From positions 1 to 64,000 of IMG/VR virus record IMGVR_UViG_3300047160_014082: 64,000 nt of DNA; one strand, written 5' to 3'. Of the stretch, positions 28,847 to 37,922 are shown one piece after another. The stretch's first letter is position 1. Each line of letters starts with the position of its first letter. The stretch comes from a virus. Its lineage: Duplodnaviria; Caudoviricetes. Under the pieces are notes generated by a model. That model saw only the letters and a program-made list of their open reading frames with translations. It had not been told where the DNA came from and searched no databases. Both the position numbers and the translations under genes were made by a program.

Positions 28847-31800
28847 GTGTCCAAGAAGAAAGTGCTCCTGGTTCAGGTCAATCATCGGTACGGCAAGCAG
28901 ATTTTCTTGCCGTACTCGGTTGGTCTCCTACGCGCCTACGCCGAAAGCATCCCAGAAATCCGGGAGGCCTATGAATTCCTGCCTTTCATCTACGAGCGCG
29001 AAGACATCGATGAGTTATTCCGCAATAGCAGTATCAACCACGACCCGGACGTTATTGGACTTAGCTGCTACATCTGGAACTGGGAATGGACGCGCACCTT
29101 TGGGAGAATGGCTCGTAAGTTCTGGCCTGATGTTCTGATTGTTCTGGGGGGACCGCACATCCCGGCCAACGATCCGGACTTTTTCCAGCGCGAGCCCTGG
29201 GCCGATACCATCGTGCATTACGAAGGCGAAGAGACGTTCGCCAAGATCTTGATGGCTCATGACGCGAATCCTTTTTCCCGGGGGAGGATTCCGGGCACCA
29301 GTGACAACGCCGGACCGGGCTGGGGACTTATCAAAAATCCCCCAGCGGAGCGCATCACCGACCTGGACAAGTTGCCATCACCCTATCTGACGGGGATGTT
29401 TGATGATTTGCTCAGGGAGCCGTACCAGTGGCAGGCCCTGAGTGAAACCCATAGGGGATGTCCATTTTCTTGCGCCTTTTGCGATTGGGGAAGTGCAGTA
29501 TTCCAGAAGGTGAGAAAGTTTTCTGATGAGAGGATCACGGCCGAGTTGGATTGGTGCGGGCATAATAGGATCGAATTGTTGTACAACTGTGATGCCAACT
29601 TCGCCATGTTTGAACGTGATGTGGCCTACGTCCGGCGCATGGCCGAATGCAAACGCACCTATGGGTTCCCAAGCAAGTTCCGTGCTGCCTACGCCAAGAA
29701 CTCCGGTGAGCGCGTCTTCGAGGTGAGCCGGATCCTGAACGACGCCGGCCTGAGCAAGGGAACGACCCTGAGCTTTCAGAGCATGAACGAAGAGACCCTA
29801 GGCCTCATCAAGCGCAGTAACATCAAGATGAACAACTTCAAAGATCTAGTGGCGAAATATCGTATCCATAATATTCCCACGTATACAGAGCTGATCATCG
29901 GTCTGCCGGGGGAGACCTACGATAGCTTTGCTAATGGCATTGAACAGCTCCTGGATGCGGGCTGTCATGACGGCCTGTCGGTGTATACGTGCCTAGCCGA
30001 AGGGTCTTCGATCTATACGATAAACGGAAGCAAGGCGATTGAAGACATAGATCCTGGTGAACAGATCCTTGGCTGGGATGAGTTTCTAGGAAAAAGGGTT
30101 ATCTGCACAGCTTCTAGGTCGGTGTACAACGGGCGCAGGAGAACATGGAAGCTGACGCACGACCAGGGAAGTGTTATAGCTACCCACGACCATAGGATCT
30201 TCACCACTAATGGGTGGAGAAAGCTCTGTGAACTCAAAGAGGGTGATCAAGTTCTGTGCAAACTGCGGGGGGACGGCTTGGAGAAGCCGGGCCAAGAGGT
30301 ATTGCTCCAGGAAGTGTTGGCTAGAATCGGGGGAGTTCAAGGCCACGAGCCGACAGGTCCAGCTGGAAGGGAAGCATGGGAGGAACAAGGCCAAGAGAAT
30401 AGCGGCGGTCTTGGCTATCCTCCGGAAGAAAAAATGTCTGTCTTGTGGGGGGCCGCTCGACAAGATGAAGACGGCTCGCAAGCTGAACATCAAGAAGGCG
30501 CTGAAGGCCAAATGCTGTTCCCAACAATGCCAAGGGAGAAATCCCGAGAGGATCAAAAAAGTCAAGCGGGCGCACAAGAATGGTCGATACGATTACTCCC
30601 CCCTTCTAAATCATGTGAACTCGAATCAAAATTGGGTCAAGAACCGAACGCCGGAACAGGAGAGACAAAGAGCAAAGAAACATCGCAAGTCGATGGAGAA
30701 ATACTATACCGATCCGAAGTGGGTAGTAGCCCACATGAAAAAATCGGGTCGTGCCCCGAACAAATTCGAGAGGAAAATAATTCGATTTCTCAAGAAGAGG
30801 GGGCTGCCGTTCGACTTTACGGGGGACTTCAGCTTTTGGGTTCGCCCGAAAGGTGTGACCTCAAGCAAGAACCCGGATTTTGTTCACGAGAACAGGAAGC
30901 TTCGGTTGGCAATACTGGCCCACGGAACCTACTGGCACCGGGACAGCAGGAAGGTCCAGGAGGAGTTGGATTTTTACCGCGGGGCCGGTTGGAAAGTGTT
31001 CATCATCTGGGAGGACGATCGTTTTTGCGACCGGCTGGAAGATCGGATTCGGATGTTTGCTGGTCTACTGTAAGGGCTATCGAGTTTGTTGGGACAATTC
31101 GGGTCTACGATCTTTTGGGCGTAACCCCTACCCAAAACTTTTTTGCTGACGGGGTACTCGTTCACAATTGCGAGCTACTTCCTAACTCTGAAATGTCCCA
31201 GCCCGAGTATCGGGAAAAGCATGGCATCAAGAGCGTCAACACCCCCCAGTTGTTCTATCATGCGAGCCCGGCGCCGGATCCGCACACGGAGAAGTACGAA
31301 CTTGTCATCGGCACCAATACGCTCGACCCGGGGGATTGGCTCGACTGCCAGATGTTCGCCTGGGCCGTGCAAGCCTTCCATTGCATGTACCTGACCCGGG
31401 CTGTAGCCATGATGCTACGGCACAACAAAAATATGGGCTATCGCCAGTTTTACGAAGCCTTGCTGGACTGGGCCAACCTGAACACGGATACAATCCTGGG
31501 CAAGGCGTACAAAACGGCCCTGAACTTTTACGAGCGCATGCGCGAAGGCAAAACCCCAACGTTGGTAGACAAGCGCTTCGGGGATGTCTCCTGGCCCCCG
31601 GAGGAATTCGCCTTTTTGCAGTGTGTCAACTCCATGTTCTTCTGGCCCGAGCTGGTAACTTTCATTGAAACTCTGGGCTGGCGCCCGGATGAGCGCCTGA
31701 TAGACGAGCTGGTCTATTTCCAGGAAGCGACCACCAAGAGCCCGCGGCCGGCGGCGCGTGCGCTGGAGTTCATTTTTGACATCCCGAACTATCTGAGCGA

Positions 31801-31984
31801 TCCGACGGCCAATGTCGGCCCTAATCCTTGGGTCAAAGTGGCGCCTCTGGCCAAGCATTTTGGCTACGCCGTCGAATGTAACGAACCACGTAACCTGGAA
31901 CAGTTTGCCCGCGAGGTCGTCTGGTATGGACGCAAGGGTGGCACCTTTGCTCGTAAGGTCACCAAGTTGGAGAATGTCCAATGA
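28847..31984 (+). CDS. Cobalamin-binding radical SAM enzyme, interrupted by an intein
   Basis: N-terminal B12-binding domain (GLSCYIWN, LGGPH, EGEE); RGCPFSCAFC (CxxxCxxC); extein junction LSVYT|CELLPNSE. Confidence 0.9.
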   Translation: MSKKKVLLVQVNHRYGKQIFLPYSVGLLRAYAESIPEIREAYEFLPFIYEREDIDELFRNSSINHDPDVIGLSCYIWNWEWTRTFGRMARKFWPDVLIVLGGPHIPANDPDFFQREPWADTIVHYEGEETFAKILMAHDANPFSRGRIPGTSDNAGPGWGLIKNPPAERITDLDKLPSPYLTGMFDDLLREPYQWQALSETHRGCPFSCAFCDWGSAVFQKVRKFSDERITAELDWCGHNRIELLYNCDANFAMFERDVAYVRRMAECKRTYGFPSKFRAAYAKNSGERVFEVSRILNDAGLSKGTTLSFQSMNEETLGLIKRSNIKMNNFKDLVAKYRIHNIPTYTELIIGLPGETYDSFANGIEQLLDAGCHDGLSVYTCLAEGSSIYTINGSKAIEDIDPGEQILGWDEFLGKRVICTASRSVYNGRRRTWKLTHDQGSVIATHDHRIFTTNGWRKLCELKEGDQVLCKLRGDGLEKPGQEVLLQEVLARIGGVQGHEPTGPAGREAWEEQGQENSGGLGYPPEEKMSVLWGAARQDEDGSQAEHQEGAEGQMLFPTMPREKSREDQKSQAGAQEWSIRLLPPSKSCELESKLGQEPNAGTGETKSKETSQVDGEILYRSEVGSSPHEKIGSCPEQIREENNSISQEEGAAVRLYGGLQLLGSPERCDLKQEPGFCSREQEASVGNTGPRNLLAPGQQEGPGGVGFLPRGRLESVHHLGGRSFLRPAGRSDSDVCWSTVRAIEFVGTIRVYDLLGVTPTQNFFADGVLVHNCELLPNSEMSQPEYREKHGIKSVNTPQLFYHASPAPDPHTEKYELVIGTNTLDPGDWLDCQMFAWAVQAFHCMYLTRAVAMMLRHNKNMGYRQFYEALLDWANLNTDTILGKAYKTALNFYERMREGKTPTLVDKRFGDVSWPPEEFAFLQCVNSMFFWPELVTFIETLGWRPDERLIDELVYFQEATTKSPRPAARALEFIFDIPNYLSDPTANVGPNPWVKVAPLAKHFGYAVECNEPRNLEQFAREVVWYGRKGGTFARKVTKLENVQ
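29990..31168 (+). mobile_element. Intein (393 aa)
   Basis: Block A CLAEGSSI, block B THDHRIFT..GW, block F VYDL, block G FADGVLVHN followed by Cys+1. Confidence 0.92.
30210..31073 (+). CDS. Zn-finger plus Vsr/DUF559-like endonuclease nested in the +1 frame inside the intein
   Basis: CxxC..YCSRKC, CxxC..CCSQQC; PNKFE...NPDFV...LAHGTYWH...GWKVFIIWE; AGGA 5' of the ATG. Confidence 0.8.
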   Translation: MGGESSVNSKRVIKFCANCGGTAWRSRAKRYCSRKCWLESGEFKATSRQVQLEGKHGRNKAKRIAAVLAILRKKKCLSCGGPLDKMKTARKLNIKKALKAKCCSQQCQGRNPERIKKVKRAHKNGRYDYSPLLNHVNSNQNWVKNRTPEQERQRAKKHRKSMEKYYTDPKWVVAHMKKSGRAPNKFERKIIRFLKKRGLPFDFTGDFSFWVRPKGVTSSKNPDFVHENRKLRLAILAHGTYWHRDSRKVQEELDFYRGAGWKVFIIWEDDRFCDRLEDRIRMFAGLL

Positions 31985-32268
31985 ATGTTGGTGAGCTGCG
32001 CAAGGCCCTGGAAGCTTACCCGGATGATGCTTTGGTGCTCCGGGAAAACGTAGATCAGGATGATGGGGTGATGTTGGATGAGGACATAAAGATTGGCTAT
32101 GAAGATGTGGCCAAGCTGGCATATGCGAACGAGCGCTCTGATGTGGACCAGCGCTTTAATTCTATTGGCTGGCATGTTCGTACTAAGGAAGCCAAGGATT
32201 ACCTAGAAAATAGATACGTTCTGTACTGTCGAGTGTGTGATGATATAAAAGCCGTTATCATTTACTAG
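31981..32268 (+). CDS. Hypothetical protein (MNVGELRKALEAYPDD N-terminus common in phages)
   Basis: ATGA overlap with the upstream gene. Confidence 0.6.
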   Translation: MNVGELRKALEAYPDDALVLRENVDQDDGVMLDEDIKIGYEDVAKLAYANERSDVDQRFNSIGWHVRTKEAKDYLENRYVLYCRVCDDIKAVIIY

Positions 32269-32278
32269 GGGAACTAGC

Positions 32279-33682
32279 ATGAACGTTGGCGTTATTGGTT
32301 TGGGCAAGCTTGGATTGCCAGTTGCTGTTTGTCTGGCGTTGCGTCACAACGTTTGCGGCTACGACCTGAACCCGCCGACGCTCAAGCCCTACCCGCATCG
32401 GGAGACCGGCCCGGGTGGTCGTAGTCCGTTTCAGCCCTGGCTGGATCAAAGCAAGCTGTCGGTTCAGTTCGATCTGGAGGTGGTCTGCCAAAACAGTGAC
32501 ATCCTATTCGTTGCTGTACAGACTCCCCATCAGCCCCGCTTTGAGGGTACGACCCATCTGCCCGCGGACCGAGCGGACTTCAATTATTCTTTCCTCAAGA
32601 CGGCGCTGCAGTCCCTAGTCCCCTACCTCAAATCCAGCCATACGGTCGTGGTGATATCGACCGTGCTGCCGGGGACATGCCGGCGCGAGTTGTACTCCAT
32701 CATCAAGCCATCCAAGGCTGGCCTGGTGTACAACCCGCTGTTCATCGCCATGGGTACGGTCATGAAGGATTTCCTGAACCCGGAGTTTGTGCTCCTGGGC
32801 GGGGATAATACAAAACGGGAGGATCCGGTGCCGGAAGACGTGGCGCGCTTGATGACGTTCTACGAAGACTTCCACATGCACGTCGGCCCGGATGGTAAGA
32901 ATTACCAGCAGTGGCATCGCTATCGTACGCCCGAAATTCGTGTCATGTCTTATGAGTCAGCTGAGCTGACCAAATGCGCTTATAACACCTGGATTTCAGC
33001 GAAGATCCATGTGACCAATACCCTGATGGAAGTGGCCCATCAGACCCCCGGCTGTCATATCGATGATGTTACCGAAGCGCTAAAGTACGCTATGGATCGG
33101 ATCGTTTCACCCAAGTACATGGATGCAGGTATGGGAGACGGCGGGGGGTGTCATCCACGGGATAACATCGCCATGTCCTGGTTGGCGCGCAAGCTGTACT
33201 TGTCGTATGACCTGTTTGGAGTCCTGATGATGGCACGGGAGAAGCAGGCGACCTGGCTGGCGAATCTGGCCCGGAACTACTGCATCGGGCGCAGTCTGCC
33301 TCTGGTTTTGCTGGGCAAGAGCTTCAAGCCGGAAACAAACATCACCACGGGCTCGCCGGCTATGCTCGTTGCTAACATTCTGAAAGCCGCGTCGGAGTCG
33401 TTTCCTTTTACCCATCACGATCCCTACGTTGATGGGGTAAAGTGGGAACCGGAAGCGGGAGCCGATCCGAAACCCGCCGTATTCCTGATCTGCACCAAAC
33501 ACGAATGTTACGCCAAGATGTTTTTCCCCCGCGGCTCGGTCGTCCTGGACCCGTTCCGCTATGTCTGGAAGGGACAAGAGGGAGTTGAAATCGTCCCTAT
33601 CGGCGTTGGCCCAACGCCGCAGAACTGTATCCCTCCGGATGATAATGCTAATTATGCTTCTCTTGGAGTAAATCAATCATGA
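32279..33682 (+). CDS. ugd: UDP-glucose/GDP-mannose dehydrogenase family protein
   Basis: VIGLGKLGLP (Rossmann), FVAVQTP, STVLPGT, YNP.F, AELTK..YNT, GGGCHPRD, GKSFKPET. Confidence 0.9.
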   Translation: MNVGVIGLGKLGLPVAVCLALRHNVCGYDLNPPTLKPYPHRETGPGGRSPFQPWLDQSKLSVQFDLEVVCQNSDILFVAVQTPHQPRFEGTTHLPADRADFNYSFLKTALQSLVPYLKSSHTVVVISTVLPGTCRRELYSIIKPSKAGLVYNPLFIAMGTVMKDFLNPEFVLLGGDNTKREDPVPEDVARLMTFYEDFHMHVGPDGKNYQQWHRYRTPEIRVMSYESAELTKCAYNTWISAKIHVTNTLMEVAHQTPGCHIDDVTEALKYAMDRIVSPKYMDAGMGDGGGCHPRDNIAMSWLARKLYLSYDLFGVLMMAREKQATWLANLARNYCIGRSLPLVLLGKSFKPETNITTGSPAMLVANILKAASESFPFTHHDPYVDGVKWEPEAGADPKPAVFLICTKHECYAKMFFPRGSVVLDPFRYVWKGQEGVEIVPIGVGPTPQNCIPPDDNANYASLGVNQS

Positions 33683-34653
33683 AGCTTTCTATTATTCATC
33701 TGACCTATCGTCCGGGCGGCCTGGGGATCTTCCTGCATTCCTTAAATCACCAAAAGTCCCCCCCGGACTATGAATTGATCATCGTGGACGACTACCCCGG
33801 CCGTCCCGAGCGCGGGCAAGTCAAAGACTACTGTACTCATCTGGACATTCCCCTGGTGTGGCACGGTCCAAGTAAGGAGAAGAGCTACCCGAAAACCTAC
33901 CAGGGTCTGCTGAACGCCATGAACACCGGCGCCATGCAAGCCTCCGGTAACTATGTGCTGTTCACGCACGATTTCACGGCGTTCACCACGGAGTTGATGC
34001 TTCAAAGATGGATCAAGGCGATGTGCTTTCGGTCCAAGGTTCTGATCCACGGCCGGGCGGAAGTTTTCCGGACGCAACCCCCGAACATCGTCGATGATAT
34101 TTATACCTGGGAAATAGACAGAAATAGTCTGACTTCTGGTATCAAGATCAATTCCTGGTGGGCGCAGGAAGCCAAGTTCCGGGATATCTGGCAGCCGAAA
34201 GAATGGGAAATGTTCTACTTTGCCTGCCCTACGGATTACCTGGACAAGATCAACGGCTTTGACGAGCGTGGGGATCATTCCGGCCTGGACATTCTGGACA
34301 GCACCATGGGCCAGGCCAAGGCAAATGGCTATCTGTTGGTGGTCGATCCCGAACTGGTTTGCATCATGATTGACCATCGCATCTGGGGCGATGCAGTAGC
34401 GGCCAACAAGATGCCCCTATGGAAAATCGCTGCCGAAACCGGGGCCGGACTAGCCCCGATACTACCAGAGTGGCCCGCATGCAGCCCCAACCCATTTTCC
34501 TTCGCCTACAACCGTGAGAAGAACGTAAAAAGGAGGATTTATGGCCAAGAAAGAGAAACCAACCAGCGACCAGTTGTGGGACCGCTTCCGCCCGCGGAAG
34601 TTCAAGGCGGACCAGGGGGAACGGGCAGAACAGCTCCTGAAGGCGACGTTTGA
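33679..34653 (+). CDS. GT-A fold (GT2-like) glycosyltransferase
   Basis: SIIHLTYR, ELIIVDD, NAMNTG, YVLFTHD, KINGFDE. Confidence 0.8.
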   Translation: MKLSIIHLTYRPGGLGIFLHSLNHQKSPPDYELIIVDDYPGRPERGQVKDYCTHLDIPLVWHGPSKEKSYPKTYQGLLNAMNTGAMQASGNYVLFTHDFTAFTTELMLQRWIKAMCFRSKVLIHGRAEVFRTQPPNIVDDIYTWEIDRNSLTSGIKINSWWAQEAKFRDIWQPKEWEMFYFACPTDYLDKINGFDERGDHSGLDILDSTMGQAKANGYLLVVDPELVCIMIDHRIWGDAVAANKMPLWKIAAETGAGLAPILPEWPACSPNPFSFAYNREKNVKRRIYGQERETNQRPVVGPLPPAEVQGGPGGTGRTAPEGDV

Positions 34654-34774
34654 GTGTGCCAAGCAATTAGTACAACACACCCCGGCCAGCAAGGAACAGG
34701 ATGAGGCTCTGGTGCATCTTGAACTGGCCTACTACTACTCCGTCCAGGCCATGAAGCTCAACGAAGGCGACTAA
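34541..34774 (+). CDS. Acb2/Tad1-like cyclic-nucleotide sponge (putative anti-CBASS/Thoeris)
   Basis: AGGAGG RBS; DRF...Q.ER.EQL.......A..L...TP.SKEQ..AL..LE.A......A...N pattern; overlaps the GT2 gene by 113 nt. Confidence 0.6.
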   Translation: MAKKEKPTSDQLWDRFRPRKFKADQGERAEQLLKATFECAKQLVQHTPASKEQDEALVHLELAYYYSVQAMKLNEGD

Positions 34775-34792
34775 CACGAGGTCTTTCAACTG

Positions 34793-36316
34793 ATGATTAC
34801 TTTGAACAAAGCCCCCGGACAGCGCGTTCTGGAACTGGGCGGCGGCCAGAATCGTAATGCAGCCACGGACGTCAATGTCGATGTACGTCCCGGGTCGGGT
34901 GTAGATATTGTCCATGATCTGAGCAAGCCCCCAATTCCAGGGCTCAAGGATCAGGATTTCGATGCTGTTATCATGCACTACTCCCTGGAACATGTCACCT
35001 ATCCAAGGGTGCGCGAGCTGCTCAAGGAAGTCTGGCGCGTTCTGAAGCCAGGCGGACGATTTGTAATCGTCACGTCTGATACCTACCAGCAATTCCGCTG
35101 GCTGGTGGATCATCCGCACGGCTGGGACGGGAAGCCGTTCTGGGAAAGGGCTAGTGAGCTGCTGTTTGGCAGTCAAGACTACCCCGAAAACTCCCACAAG
35201 TGCTATTTCGATCAGCGCACCCTGCGCCAGCTGCTGGAAGAAGCCCTTTTTGTGGTGGAGAAGATCGAAAACCACAACCCGCGCAATACGGACCTGGAAG
35301 TAGTGGCCAAACGGCCGCATACGCCGGAGACTTATGTAGAGACAACTTTCAGTTTCAGGGTTCCGAAGCCTCAGATAGGAGTACAGGATCCGCTTGGTTC
35401 GGGTGGGATTGGATACTCGCATTCCCAGATCATCGAACGACCTAAGATTAACCCATTCCAGGAAACAAGTGTGGAAGAAATTGGTGTTATCGAGAAGACT
35501 CCTGTTTTCGAGAAGACACCGAACCCTCTTCCGGGCTTGCCCAGGTCAGTAGATGCACCAGCAGACAGACCGATGGTTCAGGTGGGCCAGTATTGGCTGG
35601 AACTGCACCAGAATGATCCCTGGATCAACCCGCCGCTGCTGGCCGGAACATACGAAAGCAACGAAACCAAGCTGATCCGAGAGTACGCTCAGAAATACCC
35701 CGATCATGCCATACTCGACATCGGAGCGCATGTAGGGTATTACACCCTGGTCCTGGCGGATGCTACCAAAGGCGCGCGGGGCATGATTGTGGCGTTTGAG
35801 GCCAGCCCGGACAACTTCAAGCTGCTGGAAAAGAACATCCGGCGCAATGATTTGGGTGGCCAGGTGATGGTGTTTAATCTAGCCGTAGCAGACAAGCCCG
35901 GCACGATCGGTCTGAGTCGCAATCCCTACTGCACGGGGGATACCCGGCCCTGGGAAGCTGGCTTCGGTCCGATGACTCAAGTAGAAGCAATCAGCTTGGA
36001 TGACATGATAGGTCGGGAATCAAAGATTTCAGTCATCAAGCTGGACGTTCAGGGTGGCGAGGTCAAGGCCCTACGCGGCATGAAGGAACTGATCGCTGCC
36101 CAAAAGAATCTGGCTGTATTTGTCGAGTTCTGGCCTTGGGGACTGCAACAGGCCGGCAATACCATTGATGAGTTCATCGAGTGCTTCTGGAAATTCTCCA
36201 AGGTGTACGAAATCTGGGAGGATCCCCCCGGGCTCAAGGAAATAAGGCTCTCCGATCTGCCTACCCTTGTCGCCCCAAACACCGATCATTTTACCAACCT
36301 GCTTTTCATCAAGTGA
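34793..36316 (+). CDS. Two-domain methyltransferase (class I plus FkbM-like)
   Basis: VLELGGG..VNVD..HYSLEH..RVLKPGG; ILDIGAHVGYY..AFEA..IKLDVQGGE. Confidence 0.88.
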   Translation: MITLNKAPGQRVLELGGGQNRNAATDVNVDVRPGSGVDIVHDLSKPPIPGLKDQDFDAVIMHYSLEHVTYPRVRELLKEVWRVLKPGGRFVIVTSDTYQQFRWLVDHPHGWDGKPFWERASELLFGSQDYPENSHKCYFDQRTLRQLLEEALFVVEKIENHNPRNTDLEVVAKRPHTPETYVETTFSFRVPKPQIGVQDPLGSGGIGYSHSQIIERPKINPFQETSVEEIGVIEKTPVFEKTPNPLPGLPRSVDAPADRPMVQVGQYWLELHQNDPWINPPLLAGTYESNETKLIREYAQKYPDHAILDIGAHVGYYTLVLADATKGARGMIVAFEASPDNFKLLEKNIRRNDLGGQVMVFNLAVADKPGTIGLSRNPYCTGDTRPWEAGFGPMTQVEAISLDDMIGRESKISVIKLDVQGGEVKALRGMKELIAAQKNLAVFVEFWPWGLQQAGNTIDEFIECFWKFSKVYEIWEDPPGLKEIRLSDLPTLVAPNTDHFTNLLFIK

Positions 36317-36322
36317 GACCCG

Positions 36323-37759
36323 ATGAGCATTACCTGGAAAACTCCGCCGAAGCCGACGATCAAAGTTGTCGAGAAGCCGGACCCTCCAACGCTAGCCGGC
36401 TATCCCATCAAGTTCGTGAATAAGCCTGGCACGTTGGGCGTTTCTGGCCCCATGATCCTGGGCACACTTGATGATATGCGCCCGCCCCAGATCGAGCGGG
36501 AACAACTGTTCGACAAGGCATACTTCAACGGCGGCGGGAAGGTCGGCGGCTACGCCCGCGAAGGTTACTGGGATTACCCGGTGCATGAAGTCACGGCCCG
36601 GCATATCCTGGCTCGTCACCCTGAGTCGGTACTGGAGCTGGGCTGCGCCCGCGGTTACATCCTGAAGCGCTTACAGGACAAGGGAGTTCCGGCGCTGGGT
36701 ATGGAAATCAGCAAGCATTGCTATATGACGCGCGTTGCTAGTGGAATTTTACAGGGGGATATGTGCCAAACCCCCTGGACGCTTCCATCAGTAGCAGAAC
36801 AGGAACGGACTTGCCTGGGGGCAAGCGTTTATACGCTGCCCATTGATCTGTGCTACTCCGTGGCTACTTTGGAGCATATCCCCGAGAATTTCTTGCCGTC
36901 CATTATCGGCGAAATGGTCCGTTGCACCAAGCGCGGCCTTCATGGTGTGGACTTTGGTGCTAACGATGATGGTTTTGACAAGACCCATTGCACCTTAAGG
37001 CCCTATGAATGGTGGCGGGATCTGTTCAACAAGCTGGCTCCGGGCTACCCCGTGGAAATTGTGGACAAGCAGGAGCTGGAACAGGGCTTTGTGCCCCCGG
37101 AGGTGCTTCGTGGCGACGGCAAGCTCAAGCTCAACATCGGTTCCTTCACGACTATGTTCCACCACGGCTGGATCAACCTGGATATATTCGGAGAGCTTCA
37201 TCAATTTGCCCAACAGCACGGCTACCGTTACCAGCAGTGTGATGTCCGGGGAGGTATGCCTTATCCTACCGAAAGTGTAGACCTCATCATGTCCTGCCAC
37301 ATGCTGGAACACCTCACCTACGAAGAAGGCATCCGCTTCCTGCGCGAATGCCGGCGCGTCCTCAAGCCCACGGGGGCCATGCGCATTCTGGTGCCAGATG
37401 CCAGAATGTTGTGCAACATGTATGCTGGTGAGCAATATGATGGGAGTGAGCTTGCAGAGTTTGATGAAATAAATGATGGCTGTGCCCAGGCGCCCACGCT
37501 TCTGGGCAAGCTCTGGGCTCTGCTGCACGCGGGCCACTCGGCCGCGTACGATGATGTAACGCTGACGAAGGTTTTGGAGCTGTCCGGCTTCAAGGCTTAC
37601 CTGTCTGATTTTCGGGGTTCACCAATCCTTTACGATGATGTCGGAACGGTTTGCAACACAAGCTTTGCGGCTCAGGAAAAGCAGATCCTGGCCGAAACTC
37701 TGGACATGCTCCCGTGCCTGACGCTGTACATGATGGCCGTTCCCGACACGGGTGCGTAG
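36323..37759 (+). CDS. Two-domain class I methyltransferase
   Basis: VLELGCARG..SVATLEH; LKLNIGS..WINLD..SCHMLEHL..RRVLKPTG. Confidence 0.85.
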   Translation: MSITWKTPPKPTIKVVEKPDPPTLAGYPIKFVNKPGTLGVSGPMILGTLDDMRPPQIEREQLFDKAYFNGGGKVGGYAREGYWDYPVHEVTARHILARHPESVLELGCARGYILKRLQDKGVPALGMEISKHCYMTRVASGILQGDMCQTPWTLPSVAEQERTCLGASVYTLPIDLCYSVATLEHIPENFLPSIIGEMVRCTKRGLHGVDFGANDDGFDKTHCTLRPYEWWRDLFNKLAPGYPVEIVDKQELEQGFVPPEVLRGDGKLKLNIGSFTTMFHHGWINLDIFGELHQFAQQHGYRYQQCDVRGGMPYPTESVDLIMSCHMLEHLTYEEGIRFLRECRRVLKPTGAMRILVPDARMLCNMYAGEQYDGSELAEFDEINDGCAQAPTLLGKLWALLHAGHSAAYDDVTLTKVLELSGFKAYLSDFRGSPILYDDVGTVCNTSFAAQEKQILAETLDMLPCLTLYMMAVPDTGA

Positions 37760-37764
37760 CGCTA

Positions 37765-37794
37765 TTGCCCAAAAATAGCTAGTTAGGATAGGGT
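37765..37794 (+). promoter_or_regulatory. Promoter TTGCCC-N18-TAGGGT
   Basis: Matches the 22130 site in hexamers, spacing and flanks. Confidence 0.65.
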
Positions 37795-37819
37795 AGTCCT
37801 TTGTGACTGTATGGGAGAG

Positions 37820-37859
37820 CCGTCCTGGGGTGGTCGCGCATCCCAGGACGGATCTTTTT
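37820..37859 (+). terminator. Intrinsic terminator-like hairpin
   Basis: 13-bp stem CCGTCCTGGGGTG/CATCCCAGGACGG then ATCTTTTT. Confidence 0.65.
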
Positions 37860-37922
37860 GGTCCGGTTCGCACCAGAGCCGGACCGGCAAACCAATGCCA
37901 CCTAGCACAAAGGATCGGACCC

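Noticed and set aside
30210-31073. Treating the radical SAM gene as a frameshifted pseudogene
   Set aside because: The host frame is open end to end with intact intein blocks A, B, F and G and a clean extein junction
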